A program made the translations under genes and the position numbers. Source: Escherichia phage tunzivis. From it: DNA of 50,596 nt. Where the stretch lies: the sequence record MN850604.1; one strand, written 5' to 3'. Of the stretch, positions 24,475 to 34,115 are shown in pieces. Below the pieces are notes generated by a model, which ran no database searches, was not told the DNA's origin, and saw nothing but the letters and a program-made list of their open reading frames with translations. Position 1 is the first letter of the stretch, and each line of letters starts with the position of its first letter.

Positions 24475-25446
24475 ATGGCTAAAAAATATGATGAACTAGA
24501 TGCTACGATTGTAGCAAATCATTTACAGGTTCAGGGCGTTAAGGGTGATGCTTCTGATATGGGTATTTGGACCGCTCAAGAGCTACACAAGATCCGCTCT
24601 ACCGCATACGAGAAAGAGTATCCGGCAGGTTCCGCACTTCGCGTATTCCCTGTAACAAACGAGCTTTCTGATACTGATAAGACTTTTGAGTATCAGACTT
24701 TTGATAAGGTTGGCTACGCGAAAATTATCGCCGACTACACCGACGATCTGCCGACCGTGGACGCGCTGATGACTTCTGAATTTGGCAAGGTGTTCCGCCT
24801 GGGTAACGCTTTTCTGATCTCCATTGATGAGATTAAAGCAGGTCAGCGAACTGGCAAGAGCCTGTCAACTCGCAAGGCTAACGCTGCGCAAAATGCGCAT
24901 GATCAGTTGATTAACTTCCTGGTGTTCAAAGGTTCCAAGCCTCATAAGATCGTTTCCGTTTTCGATCACCCTAACCTTACGAAAATTGTTTCTAAAGGAT
25001 GGATGAGCCAGGATGGAAACACCAAGTTCCCTGATGTGGCAAGCGATGAACTGGAGGCTGCAATCGAGACTATCGAGGAAGTAACAAAAGGTCAGCACCG
25101 CGCGACTAACATCCTGATCCCGCCGTCCATGCGTAAAGTCTTGACGGTTCGAATGGAAAATACCACTGAAAGTTATCTTGAATACTTCCAGAAGCAAAAC
25201 GGCGGAATCACTATCGACTCTATCGCAGAGCTTGAGGATATTGACGGCAAAGGTACGAAAGGTTGCTTGGTTTACGAAAAAGATCCAATGAACATGAGCA
25301 TTGAGATTCCAGAAGCGTTTAACATGCTTCCGGCGCAGCCAAAAGACCTTCATTTCAAGGTTCCTTGCACTTCCAAGTGTACTGGCCTTACGATTTACCG
25401 TCCGTTTACGATGGTGCTTATTACTGGCTTGAAAAAGTCAGTTTAA
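24475..25446 (+). CDS. major capsid protein
   Basis: ORF 24424..25446; ATG at 24475 after GGAGGAAACAAA; about 320 aa; followed by strong terminator. Confidence 0.65.
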   Translation: MAKKYDELDATIVANHLQVQGVKGDASDMGIWTAQELHKIRSTAYEKEYPAGSALRVFPVTNELSDTDKTFEYQTFDKVGYAKIIADYTDDLPTVDALMTSEFGKVFRLGNAFLISIDEIKAGQRTGKSLSTRKANAAQNAHDQLINFLVFKGSKPHKIVSVFDHPNLTKIVSKGWMSQDGNTKFPDVASDELEAAIETIEEVTKGQHRATNILIPPSMRKVLTVRMENTTESYLEYFQKQNGGITIDSIAELEDIDGKGTKGCLVYEKDPMNMSIEIPEAFNMLPAQPKDLHFKVPCTSKCTGLTIYRPFTMVLITGLKKSV

Positions 25447-25456
25447 TTAGATAACA

Positions 25457-25490
25457 TGGGGAGCCTTAAGGGTTCCCCCTTTTTTTATTT
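25457..25490 (+). terminator. rho-independent terminator after major capsid gene
   Basis: GGGGAGCC..GGTTCCCC then TTTTTTTATTT. Confidence 0.7.
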
Positions 25491-25504
25491 ACGGAGTACA
25501 CAAA

Positions 25505-25771
25505 ATGAGCAAAACTTTAAAACTTAAAGTAACTGGCGTTTGCATGATTATTATGGACGGTAAGCGTTATCACCATGGTGATGAGATTGAAATTGAATCT
25601 GATCGTATTAATGATTCCGCAATTGAATACCTGATCGCTCGCGGCGATGTGGAAGTTAAAGACAATTCCGAAATTAACGAGCAAATCAAGGAGAAAGCGG
25701 AGAAGAAGCGCAAAAAAGATCCTACAGAGGGCAAGAGCCGCAAAGAGCTAGAGGATGGCGGCGAATATTAA
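25505..25771 (+). CDS. hypothetical head-associated protein
   Basis: 88 aa; Lys/Glu-rich C-terminus; between capsid and connector genes. Confidence 0.4.
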   Translation: MSKTLKLKVTGVCMIIMDGKRYHHGDEIEIESDRINDSAIEYLIARGDVEVKDNSEINEQIKEKAEKKRKKDPTEGKSRKELEDGGEY

Positions 25772-25818
25772 TAATTGGGGCGCTTATGCGCCCCTTGTCA
25801 TATCTGGAGAAAACAAAA

Positions 25819-26237
25819 TGGTAGATGAATTTTACACAGACGCTGAAATCGTTCAGCAAATCGTAAAGTTGGCCCCACCAATGCAGCAGGTTGATCCCGA
25901 TTTAATTGTGGCATGGATTGAGCTTGCTAAAGAATTTGTTTGCAAAAAACGGTTTAAAAACTCATACCCGAAAGCGGTTGCGCTTTACACTCTTCACCTT
26001 ATGACCTTAGACGGGGCAATGAAACAGGAAGGTGAAAGCGTAGAAAGCTATTCCCGCCGCGTTGCATCGTTCACTCTGACTGGTGAGTTTAGTCAGACGT
26101 TTGATCGAATTTCTTCCGATACAAGCGGAAAGCAGATCCGACAAACGCCGTGGGGCAAAATGTACGAAGTGTTAAACCGTAAGCACGGTGGCGGCTTTGG
26201 ACTTGTAACTGGATTGCGCCGGAGATGTTGCCGATGA
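25819..26237 (+). CDS. head-tail adaptor/connector protein (putative)
   Basis: ORF 25755..26237; ATG at 25819 after GGAGAAAACAAA; synteny. Confidence 0.45.
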
Positions 26238-26608
26238 ATTACAATGAGATTGCAAGAATGGCTACTGCTGGGATTAACTTTTTCAGCGACGCTAACGGTA
26301 TGTTTAAGTGCATCACGCAGCAGGGAGGGGTTGATATTATCGGCGGGGAGGAAGTTACCAAGCCTGAGATTTCAGTGATGATAAAGGGGCTTGTTAGATC
26401 TCCGAGGACTAGAGAGGTTGACGGTGAAACGATCCGAGTAACCGACAAGTTGGGGGTATTCACCAATGAAACTGAGATCAAAAATGGTTATCAGATTGAA
26501 ATTGATGGCGATCGTTATGTTGTCGTTGAAGCAAGACCAGTCAGACAGACTAACATCACGGCAGCTTATCGTCCGATATTAAGGAGGATTGCAGTGCATG
26601 GCGGATAA
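26234..26608 (+). CDS. head-tail joining protein (putative)
   Basis: ORF 26225..26608; ATGA overlap; synteny. Confidence 0.4.
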   Translation: MNYNEIARMATAGINFFSDANGMFKCITQQGGVDIIGGEEVTKPEISVMIKGLVRSPRTREVDGETIRVTDKLGVFTNETEIKNGYQIEIDGDRYVVVEARPVRQTNITAAYRPILRRIAVHGG

Positions 26609-27041
26609 TTATAAGATCAGGGAATTTCACGGTGATATAAGCAGGTGGATTGATTCAGTAAGCAGCGGCCTTGTTGATTGCGTTGAAATGTTCGCGACAA
26701 ACGTCCACGAGGATCTTGTAAAGCGTTCGCCAGTTGATACGGGCCGATATAAAGCTAACTGGCAGGTAACAGCAAACAAGCCGCCGCTATATGCTCTCAA
26801 TCAATACGATCGCGATGGTAGTAAAACCATTGCAGAAGGCAAGCGAGCAATATATGCAATCATGCGGGGCGGTGGCGCGGTGCGGTCAATCTATTTTTCA
26901 AACATGCTTATTTACGCCAATGCGCTTGAATACGGGCATTCAAAACAAGCGCCGTCCGGCGTGCTGGGAATCGTGGCGGTAAAGCTGCGATCATATATGA
27001 CTAAGGCAATAAAGGATTCGAGGGCAAAAAATGCACTATGA
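26598..27041 (+). CDS. tail-head joining protein (HK97 gp10-like, putative)
   Basis: ORF 26589..27041; ATG at 26598 after AAGGAGG; synteny. Confidence 0.4.
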   Translation: MADNYKIREFHGDISRWIDSVSSGLVDCVEMFATNVHEDLVKRSPVDTGRYKANWQVTANKPPLYALNQYDRDGSKTIAEGKRAIYAIMRGGGAVRSIYFSNMLIYANALEYGHSKQAPSGVLGIVAVKLRSYMTKAIKDSRAKNAL

Positions 27042-27432
27042 TTTAATGTTAGCGGCAAGAAAGGCGCTGGCGGCGGAATATGAATCACTATTCAAGATCG
27101 CCTATGAAAACGTTGATTTTGTTCCGCCTGGTGATGGTTCGATGTGGTTAAAATTTGACTACATGGAAGCCGACACAGATCGCATATCTCTTGATAGAAA
27201 ATGCGTTTCTTATATCGGATTGGTTCAGGTTGGAATTGTTATTCCTCCTGGCGTCGGCACTGATAAAGCGCGTTTGCTGGCTAAAGAGATTGCGAGATTT
27301 TTCTATGATGGTAGAATGTTTGAAACTGGCTATATTAGCGATGGGGCAAACGTCCACGCATTACTAAAAAGTGAAACAGGTTGGTTCTTACCGATCCGTT
27401 TCAGTGTTAGGCTTGACACAAAGGAGGAATAA
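27031..27432 (+). CDS. tail terminator/completion protein (putative)
   Basis: 133 aa; immediately upstream of major tail protein. Confidence 0.4.
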   Translation: MHYDLMLAARKALAAEYESLFKIAYENVDFVPPGDGSMWLKFDYMEADTDRISLDRKCVSYIGLVQVGIVIPPGVGTDKARLLAKEIARFFYDGRMFETGYISDGANVHALLKSETGWFLPIRFSVRLDTKEE

Positions 27433-27434
27433 TC

Positions 27435-28097
27435 ATGCACTTGCCTAATGGTTCTCAAATTTTCATCGGCGTTAATATGGGTGAGCCAATTAGCGCGACT
27501 CAAATCAGCAATGCTGATAATCCTGTTTTTACAACCGAAAACACTCAAAGCATCAAAAAAGGCGCTTATGTTCTTATTGAAACATCTTCTTGGGGAAAAC
27601 TTGTTAGTCGAGTGCTTCGAGTTAAGGAAGTATCAGATAATGTAAGTGTTACTCTTGAGGGTGTTAGCACTAAAGATACAAACGTATTTCCAGAAGGACA
27701 GAACACAGCAACTTTCCGAGAAGTGAAATCTTGGGTAGAGGTTCCTTGCGTACAGGATCTTGCGCAGGACGGCGGCGAGCAACAGTATTACACTTATCAG
27801 TGTTTGGCTGATGACCAGGAGCAGCAGTTACCGACCTACAAGAGCGCGGTTTCTCTTACCTACACTTTCGCTCATGAATATGATAACCCGATTTATCCGA
27901 TCTTGCGCGAGGCTGAGGAATCCGGCGACGTAACCGCTTTGCGTATGTACGTGCCGAAAGCTAAAGAGATGCGTTGCTGGGCTGGCGTATTGTCTTTTAA
28001 TGACATTCCGCAAACAACTATGAACGAAATGGAAACTGTTTCCCTTTCTGTATCTCTGAAAGGCCGATTCACGTTCTTACCTTCCGACGTTAAGTAA
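27435..28097 (+). CDS. major tail protein
   Basis: 220 aa; RBS AAGGAGGAA; followed by strong terminator; precedes G/GT chaperone and tape measure. Confidence 0.55.
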   Translation: MHLPNGSQIFIGVNMGEPISATQISNADNPVFTTENTQSIKKGAYVLIETSSWGKLVSRVLRVKEVSDNVSVTLEGVSTKDTNVFPEGQNTATFREVKSWVEVPCVQDLAQDGGEQQYYTYQCLADDQEQQLPTYKSAVSLTYTFAHEYDNPIYPILREAEESGDVTALRMYVPKAKEMRCWAGVLSFNDIPQTTMNEMETVSLSVSLKGRFTFLPSDVK

Positions 28098-28100
28098 AAC

Positions 28101-28124
28101 AAGGGGCGTTGCGCCCCTTTTTTC
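28101..28124. terminator. terminator after major tail gene (possibly bidirectional)
   Basis: AAGGGGCG-ttgc-GCCCCTT then TTTTT; A-rich on 5-prime side. Confidence 0.65.
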
Positions 28125-28163
28125 ATTCCTGTAAAATCAATCTATCAAATAAATTAATTCCAC

Positions 28164-28181
28164 TTTTAACAAAAAGTGCTA
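28164..28181 (-). promoter_or_regulatory. inverted conserved motif copy abutting RBS of tail chaperone G
   Basis: TTTTAACAAAAAGTGCTA then TAAGGAGATCTTAAGATG; on the opposite strand a TAGATT lies at the canonical +37 distance. Confidence 0.45.
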
Positions 28182-28196
28182 TAAGGAGATCTTAAG

Positions 28197-28514
28197 ATGG
28201 CAAAGATGAAACTAACGTTAGGCCCACTGCCTGATTTTAAGCTGCCTGTTTCTTTCGTGCTTCCAAATGGTGATGAGCAAGTTATTGTTTTTACCGTGCG
28301 CCACAAGAAGGCAAGCGAAATTCACGAACGATACACGGCAGAAAAGCCGATGAGCGACGTAGAAATGATCACCTTCCTTGCTTCCGGTTGGGATCTGGAA
28401 GATGAATTTAACGAGGAAAACGTTGCTAAATTGCTGGATTATTACCCGTCTGCGTCATTATCGCTGACTGGTCATTATATGAAAGCACTTGCTGGGCAGC
28501 GGGTAAAAAACTAA
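28197..28514 (+). CDS. tail assembly chaperone G
   Basis: 105 aa; ends just after slippery heptamer A_AAA_AAC (28505..28511); precedes tape measure. Confidence 0.7.
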   Translation: MAKMKLTLGPLPDFKLPVSFVLPNGDEQVIVFTVRHKKASEIHERYTAEKPMSDVEMITFLASGWDLEDEFNEENVAKLLDYYPSASLSLTGHYMKALAGQRVKN

Positions 28515-28831
28515 AGCGGGCGGTTTACCTGTTTTACCTCAAGCCGCCAACTGACGCACAATTAGAGGCCGTCGGCCTATCCCGTTCAGACTACGAAGGG
28601 GAGGATCCGCCGGAGGTAATTTTTGATGAATCAATGTTTCAATCTTGGGATCTATTTTGCGCCATGCAGACGCAATGGAGATCGACTAGCGGCAGTGTGT
28701 ATGGGTTCGACTATAACGTTTTGCCTATGCTTTTTGACATTTACAAGATTGAGGATCGGGAGATGGCGCTAAATGATTTGCGCATCATGGAACAAAAGGC
28801 GCTAGAAATGATTCATTCAAACAAAACATAA
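28197..28831 (+). CDS. tail assembly chaperone GT (-1 programmed frameshift product)
   Basis: -1 frame stays open from 28511 to 28831 (the track ORF 28634..28831 is its distal part); lambda G/GT-like arrangement. Confidence 0.55.
28505..28511 (+). other. -1 programmed ribosomal frameshift slippery site A_AAA_AAC (G to GT)
   Basis: heptamer lies 1-2 codons before the G stop; -1 frame open for a further 107 codons. Confidence 0.6.
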
Positions 28832-28852
28832 GCGCCGAGAGGCGCTTTTTTA
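28831..28852 (+). terminator. rho-independent terminator after GT
   Basis: AGCGCC-gaga-GGCGCT then TTTTTT. Confidence 0.6.
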
Positions 28853-28870
28853 ATATCTGGAGGTTTTAAA

Positions 28871-31552
28871 ATGGCTGAAAAATACGCTGGCCTAACGCTA
28901 GGCGTTGACGTGTCGCAGGTCAACAATGCTGTTAAATCATTGCAGCAATTCAAGAAGGCAAACGACGACGCAAAAAAAAGCGTTAATGAATTTGTTGATT
29001 CTGAGGTTGTGGCGCGACAGCAAGCAAAACAGTTTGCCGAAGAACTGGCGCGCCAGAAAGCAGAATTTAAGAAAATCCAAGAGTCAATTGATCCCACCGC
29101 GTCAAAGATGGATAAGCTGCGAAAGGCAGCGACACAGCTTGATGCGCTATGGAAAAAGGGCATTGTTCCTGATGAGACTTTTTTTGAGCTTGGATCAATT
29201 CTTGAGACGCAGCAAAACAAGCTGATCGCAACAAAAAAAGCGATGACGGAGGAAGGCCGCGCGGCGCTTGAGGAATCAAAGAACAAAGCGCGTGCAGCGG
29301 AAGAGGCTAAAAAATTCGTCCAGGCTTTGCGTGAGCAGGAAGAAGCAGCCGGAAAAAGCAAGTCTGAATTGCTGGAAATGAAAGCGGCACAGCTTGGTGT
29401 TAGCCAGGAGGCAGCGCCTTACATCGCAAGGCTGAAAGAGCAGGAAAAGCAGATCCAAAAACTTGGAATTTCTACGGGCCAATACAAACAAGCAATGGCG
29501 CAATTGCCAATGCAGATCACAGACGTGGTGACTTCACTTGCTTCTGGAATGCCTGTTTGGTTGGTCGCAATCCAGCAGGGCGGACAGATTAAGGATTCTT
29601 TTGGTGGCGCATCCAATGCTTTAAAAGCGTTGCTATCTTTCCTGAATCCGGTAAACGTGGCGTTTGGCTTGCTTTCCGGTACGCTGGCAATTGCTGCATA
29701 TAATGCCTACAAAACACAGACAGAGTTTGAGGCAATTAAAAAAACCGTTCAGGAAACAACTGGCTTGACTGGTGATTTTGCCGAAAAGATTGCTACCGGA
29801 ATACAGGAGCTTTCCGACAAGACAGGCGAAAGCGCCGAAGATCTTGCAAAGGCTTACATCACTACGAAAGACGGCGCGAGCGAGGCGATTAAAAAACTGG
29901 TTGACGTTGGCATGACTTATGATGACGCAAAAAAGAAAGTCAACGAGTACAAGGGCGCGTCTAGCTTTGTCAGCTTGAATAACGAAATTGCAAACCACAA
30001 AAACAAAGTCCTTGAGTTGGGCGATTCGTGGTATGAGGTTTTGAAAGCGAAGCGTGATTACGCTTCCCCGTCCGGCGGCCTGTTAGGTAAGGAGCTTGGC
30101 TATGTTAACCCTATGCTTAAGTTTGCACTTAACACTTATGAAGACATTGGAAAGGTCGTAAAAGATGCGAATAAGGACATGGCGGAACGAGCGGAGCGAA
30201 TCGACAAAGAAAACCTGGCCTTAAACAGAGTGCGCGCAGCACAGGAGGCTTTAAACAAAGCTATTGAGGATCAGAAAAATGTGGCGCGTTCGGCTGATGA
30301 AGAACTGAAAAAGCGCGCGGCTGAAAACGTGGAGTTTAGGCGCAAAGAGCTTGAGGAAATCAAGAAGCAGGAGCAGAAAAAGAAAGAGGCTAAAGGTGGA
30401 ATAGTTCGCGGCCCGACTGAGCAGCTTGATAAAGAGTTGTACGTTTTAAAAGCGCAACTGGAGATGCTTAAAGAGCATCGCACTGTTAACGATGTTATTT
30501 CTCGCCAGCGTAAATCATTATGGAGTATCGAAAAGCAGATCGAGATCCTGGAGGAAGCGCAGAGCAAGCGTAAATTGACCGGAGCGGAACAGGCGCTACT
30601 AAACGAGCAAAAAGCCGTTCTTGAAATGGCAAGGCAAAAAGCGGAGCTAGGGGATCAGATTGTTTTACAGGAGCGCAAAAACAAGCTGGAGCAAGATAGC
30701 ATTAAGTTTATCCGTGAAACTCAGGCGGCTATTGATGTGCTTGGCCTTAAGCAACTTGGCTACACTGAAAAGCAGATCGAGCGTGAGCTAGAGTTACGCA
30801 AGCTGCGCACCGACTACGAGGCGCAAGGCGGAAGCATTAGCGATGAAGTTTTTCAGCAAATGGAGGCGAAACTTAAGCAGTATTATCAGACACAGGATGA
30901 GGTTCAAGGCAACTGGTTGGCAGGAGCAAAAAACGCATGGGAGATGTTCGCGGAAGATGCAAACAATGCCTATGGCAATGTTCAGCAGATCGCAAGCGAG
31001 GCGTTAAACGGCCTTACAAACCAATTAGCGAATTTTATCGCTACTGGCAAGGCAAACTTTAAAGACTTCTCGACGGCTATCATCAAAATGATTATTCAGA
31101 TGATTACGAAAATGGTTGTCTTTAATGCGTTATCTGGCCTGATGGGTGGTCAAACCTGGACGATGGGGAGCTTGCTTAAGAATATTGGCGGATTTGCTGG
31201 CGGTGGATACACTGGCGACGGCGGGAAGTATGAGCCAGCCGGAATTGTCCATAAAGGTGAATTTGTCATGACGAAGGAGGCGACGCAGCGTATCGGGGTA
31301 GGAAACTTGTACCGCATGATGCGAGGCTATGCTAACGGCGGCGTTGTTGGTAGTTCCGGCCATACTGGCGGTGGCGCTGTAACTGGTGGAGCACCTCAAT
31401 TTAACATCGGCGGGATTGATGTTAGCATCACTAACGGAAACGATCCGAAGGGCATCGAAACTGGTGTTAAGATGATCTTTACTGATATGATTAAACGTTC
31501 CTGTATGCAGGGCGGCGAGGTTTACGAATTTGTTATGAGCAAGCGAGGTTGA
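28871..31552 (+). CDS. tail tape measure protein
   Basis: 893 aa; highly alpha-helical Lys/Glu/Ala-rich; C-terminal Gly-rich region; canonical position. Confidence 0.85.
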   Translation: MAEKYAGLTLGVDVSQVNNAVKSLQQFKKANDDAKKSVNEFVDSEVVARQQAKQFAEELARQKAEFKKIQESIDPTASKMDKLRKAATQLDALWKKGIVPDETFFELGSILETQQNKLIATKKAMTEEGRAALEESKNKARAAEEAKKFVQALREQEEAAGKSKSELLEMKAAQLGVSQEAAPYIARLKEQEKQIQKLGISTGQYKQAMAQLPMQITDVVTSLASGMPVWLVAIQQGGQIKDSFGGASNALKALLSFLNPVNVAFGLLSGTLAIAAYNAYKTQTEFEAIKKTVQETTGLTGDFAEKIATGIQELSDKTGESAEDLAKAYITTKDGASEAIKKLVDVGMTYDDAKKKVNEYKGASSFVSLNNEIANHKNKVLELGDSWYEVLKAKRDYASPSGGLLGKELGYVNPMLKFALNTYEDIGKVVKDANKDMAERAERIDKENLALNRVRAAQEALNKAIEDQKNVARSADEELKKRAAENVEFRRKELEEIKKQEQKKKEAKGGIVRGPTEQLDKELYVLKAQLEMLKEHRTVNDVISRQRKSLWSIEKQIEILEEAQSKRKLTGAEQALLNEQKAVLEMARQKAELGDQIVLQERKNKLEQDSIKFIRETQAAIDVLGLKQLGYTEKQIERELELRKLRTDYEAQGGSISDEVFQQMEAKLKQYYQTQDEVQGNWLAGAKNAWEMFAEDANNAYGNVQQIASEALNGLTNQLANFIATGKANFKDFSTAIIKMIIQMITKMVVFNALSGLMGGQTWTMGSLLKNIGGFAGGGYTGDGGKYEPAGIVHKGEFVMTKEATQRIGVGNLYRMMRGYANGGVVGSSGHTGGGAVTGGAPQFNIGGIDVSITNGNDPKGIETGVKMIFTDMIKRSCMQGGEVYEFVMSKRG

Positions 31553-31554
31553 TA

Positions 31555-31905
31555 ATGAAGCTGGATCAGTTTAAGTGGTGCACGCAGGTTCAGAACGGTG
31601 GCGGGTCCATGACGTCATCAAATAACGATCGAGAGATTGCATTCGGTAACGGATACACACAGGTAGCATCTGGAGGCTTTAACACAATCCGGCGAGAGTT
31701 TAGCATTGTTTACGCTGGGCTTGATTACAGAGATGTTGTCAAGTTCCTAAATGAGCACAGACTAAAACCTTTCTTGTGGATCATGCCTGATGGAAGCCCT
31801 GGATTGTTCAGAGTGAAAAGCGGTAGCGTCGGCCTTACTCCATTGTCGCCAACCGTTCAGGAAGTAAAAGCCACTTTTACGGAGCAATTTACATCAATGC
31901 AGTAA
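31555..31905 (+). CDS. minor tail protein (lambda gpM-like)
   Basis: ORF 31549 (TTG); ATG 31555; about 116 aa directly after tape measure. Confidence 0.55.
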   Translation: MKLDQFKWCTQVQNGGGSMTSSNNDREIAFGNGYTQVASGGFNTIRREFSIVYAGLDYRDVVKFLNEHRLKPFLWIMPDGSPGLFRVKSGSVGLTPLSPTVQEVKATFTEQFTSMQ

Positions 31906-31908
31906 TTT

Positions 31909-31934
31909 AAAGCCGCCTTTGTGCGGCTTTTTTC
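31909..31934 (+). terminator. rho-independent terminator
   Basis: AAAGCCGC-ctttgt-GCGGCTTT then TTTTCTT. Confidence 0.6.
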
Positions 31935-31967
31935 TTGATGTTACAATGAGCAAAAAGGAGGTAGAAA

Positions 31968-32729
31968 ATGGCTAATAAAGAATCAGGTAGAGTTGAATTT
32001 GAGAACTGCCTACAAAGTTTGTACCCAGGCGAAATTATAACGCTTGTAGAGATTGACGGGACGAAGTTCGGAGCAAATATTTACCGATTTCACAATGAGA
32101 ACATCTCTTATACTGCCGAGGAATTAATGCAAGCGCAGCAAACCGGAATCTTGCCGCCGAAAGATATTATTTTTCAGGGTGATGTTTACGGAGCGCGGCC
32201 TTTCGGTGTGAGCGGGATTAACTTCACAAGTAACGGCAGGGCAGATAAGCCTCAGCTTATAGTGTCAAACCTTGACAGCAGGGTTAGCGCCATGATCAGA
32301 AATTACAATGGCATGATGCAAGCAAAGGTGACTTTCTGGATCACGGCAAAGGAATTTATAGGAGAAGGCGGAGCAATCAAAGATGGCGCTTACAGAAAAT
32401 TGGTTTATTACATTGAGCGCCCAAGCCAGTATAATAGAGAGGTGGCGAAATTTGATCTGACATCGCCTTACGATATGGATGGATTAATGATCCCGCCGCG
32501 CATCACTCAAAGCGTTTGCTATTGGGCGCAAAGGGGGTGGTACAGGAGCGGAAAGGGTTGCTCTTATAACGGATCGGCAATGTTCGATAAAGACAATAAG
32601 CCAGTAACAGATCCATCACAAGACTATTGCGCCGGAACTGTAACGGCTTGCAAATTGAGGTTCGGTCAGCAAAACGAGTTGGATTTCGGCGGTTGTGCGG
32701 TGGCATCACTGCTACGGAGGAATCAATAA
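31968..32729 (+). CDS. minor tail protein (lambda gpL-like)
   Basis: 253 aa; C-terminal Cys cluster (CYWAQ...GKGCSYNGS...CAGTVTAC); RBS AAAAAGGAGG. Confidence 0.65.
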   Translation: MANKESGRVEFENCLQSLYPGEIITLVEIDGTKFGANIYRFHNENISYTAEELMQAQQTGILPPKDIIFQGDVYGARPFGVSGINFTSNGRADKPQLIVSNLDSRVSAMIRNYNGMMQAKVTFWITAKEFIGEGGAIKDGAYRKLVYYIERPSQYNREVAKFDLTSPYDMDGLMIPPRITQSVCYWAQRGWYRSGKGCSYNGSAMFDKDNKPVTDPSQDYCAGTVTACKLRFGQQNELDFGGCAVASLLRRNQ

Positions 32730-33460
32730 TGATTAGTGCAAAAATTAAACTTGAAATAATGCAGCACGTTAAAGAGGAATACCCTAAAGAGGCTTGCGGC
32801 GTCATAACTCAAAAGTCACGGGTACAGAAATATCACCGCATAACCAACGTGCATGACGATCCAGAAAATAATTTTGAAATGGACGCCGTAGAGTACGCTG
32901 AATCGCTCGACAAAGGCGAATTAATCGCGGTGGTACATTCCCATTGCGGGGATGGTGCTAGTACGATACCGAGCGCGCACGACTCATGTATGTGCGATGA
33001 AATGGGTGTATCGTGGATTATAGTTTCATGGCCCGAAGGTGATATGAGAATTGTCGAGCCGCAGGAGAGGCCGCTTATCGGTCGCCCGTGGTCGCTGGGG
33101 TCGTTCGATTGCTGGGGTCTTATCATGGCATGGCATAAACAGCACGGAGTAGTATTGAATGACTTCCGAAAGCCTTACGAGTGGTGGAAGTCAGAATATG
33201 GTGAAAATCTTTACCAGGATAATTATTTGAAAGAGGGATTTGTTGAAACTAACGAGCCTCCAAAACCTGGTGATATGGTGATTATGCAACTATCATCACC
33301 AGTCTGGAATCATGCGGGAATTTATTTGGGTAACAACCAGCTATTACATCATGCGTTTGGAAAGCTATCTCGCATCGACTTGTATTCTGGATGGTATCAG
33401 GAGCACACTGTAAAAATTTGTCGACATAAGGATCTGAAATATGACATTGAAAGTAATTAA
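32729..33460 (+). CDS. tail assembly protein (lambda gpK-like; MPN/JAB + NlpC/P60)
   Basis: ORF 32627..33460; ATG 32729 (TAATG overlap); JAMM-like HSHCGDGASTIPSAHD and NlpC/P60-like Cys in FDCWGLIMAWH. Confidence 0.75.
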   Translation: MISAKIKLEIMQHVKEEYPKEACGVITQKSRVQKYHRITNVHDDPENNFEMDAVEYAESLDKGELIAVVHSHCGDGASTIPSAHDSCMCDEMGVSWIIVSWPEGDMRIVEPQERPLIGRPWSLGSFDCWGLIMAWHKQHGVVLNDFRKPYEWWKSEYGENLYQDNYLKEGFVETNEPPKPGDMVIMQLSSPVWNHAGIYLGNNQLLHHAFGKLSRIDLYSGWYQEHTVKICRHKDLKYDIESN

Positions 33461-34037
33461 GCTATCTGGTTCCCTGGGGCGTAGATTTGGCGTCTTTCAC
33501 AAAATGGCGGTTGACTCATACCCCGAAGCAATACGTGCGTTATCTTCCCAGGTTGAAGGGTTCAAAGACTACATGCAAAGCGAAGTAGGATCGCGCATGA
33601 AGTACGCTGTATTCGTTGACGGTAAAAACGTTGGTCAGCATGATGAAAAATCATGGAAGTGCGCGCGAGAGGTTCGAATAGTTCCCGTTCCAACTGGTTC
33701 TAAGTCCGGCGGCCTGTTTAATGTTGTTCTTGGCGCTGCAATTATGGCCACTGCGTTCTTTACTGGTGGTGCAAGTCTTGCTGCTATGGGCGCTTTTGCA
33801 TCTTCCGCATTTATGATGGGTGGTGCTATCGCGCTTGGCGGTGTCATGCAAATGATCTCGCCGCAGCAGGGAGGAATGAAACTGCAAAGCCAATCAGCAG
33901 AAAATAAGCCTTCTTACGCTTTCGGCGGTGCTGTAAATACCACGGCGGCAGGTTATCCGGTTCCTTTGCCATATGGATATAGGACAGTAGGCGGCGCAAT
34001 CTGGTCGGCTGGTAGCTACGCAGAAGATAAAGCATAA
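33441..34037 (+). CDS. tail assembly protein (lambda gpI-like)
   Basis: 198 aa; Gly/Ala-rich hydrophobic C-terminal half typical of gpI; position between K and J. Confidence 0.7.
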   Translation: MTLKVIKLSGSLGRRFGVFHKMAVDSYPEAIRALSSQVEGFKDYMQSEVGSRMKYAVFVDGKNVGQHDEKSWKCAREVRIVPVPTGSKSGGLFNVVLGAAIMATAFFTGGASLAAMGAFASSAFMMGGAIALGGVMQMISPQQGGMKLQSQSAENKPSYAFGGAVNTTAAGYPVPLPYGYRTVGGAIWSAGSYAEDKA

Positions 34038-34043
34038 AAAAAT

Positions 34044-34067
34044 ACCCGCCTTGCGCGGGTTTTTTTG
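34044..34067 (+). terminator. rho-independent terminator before J
   Basis: ACCCGC-cttgc-GCGGGT then TTTTTTT. Confidence 0.65.
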
Positions 34068-34115
34068 TGCATTTATAATGTGCAAACCAAGAAACAGCAC
34101 AAAAGGTTAAAAGTC

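Noticed and set aside
28813-29998. Antisense ORFs (28813..29361, 29276..29503, 29633..29998 on the - strand) inside the tape measure gene
   Set aside because: Shadow ORFs of a long, compositionally biased coding region; no RBS or promoter, and the sense-strand gene has strong contextual support.
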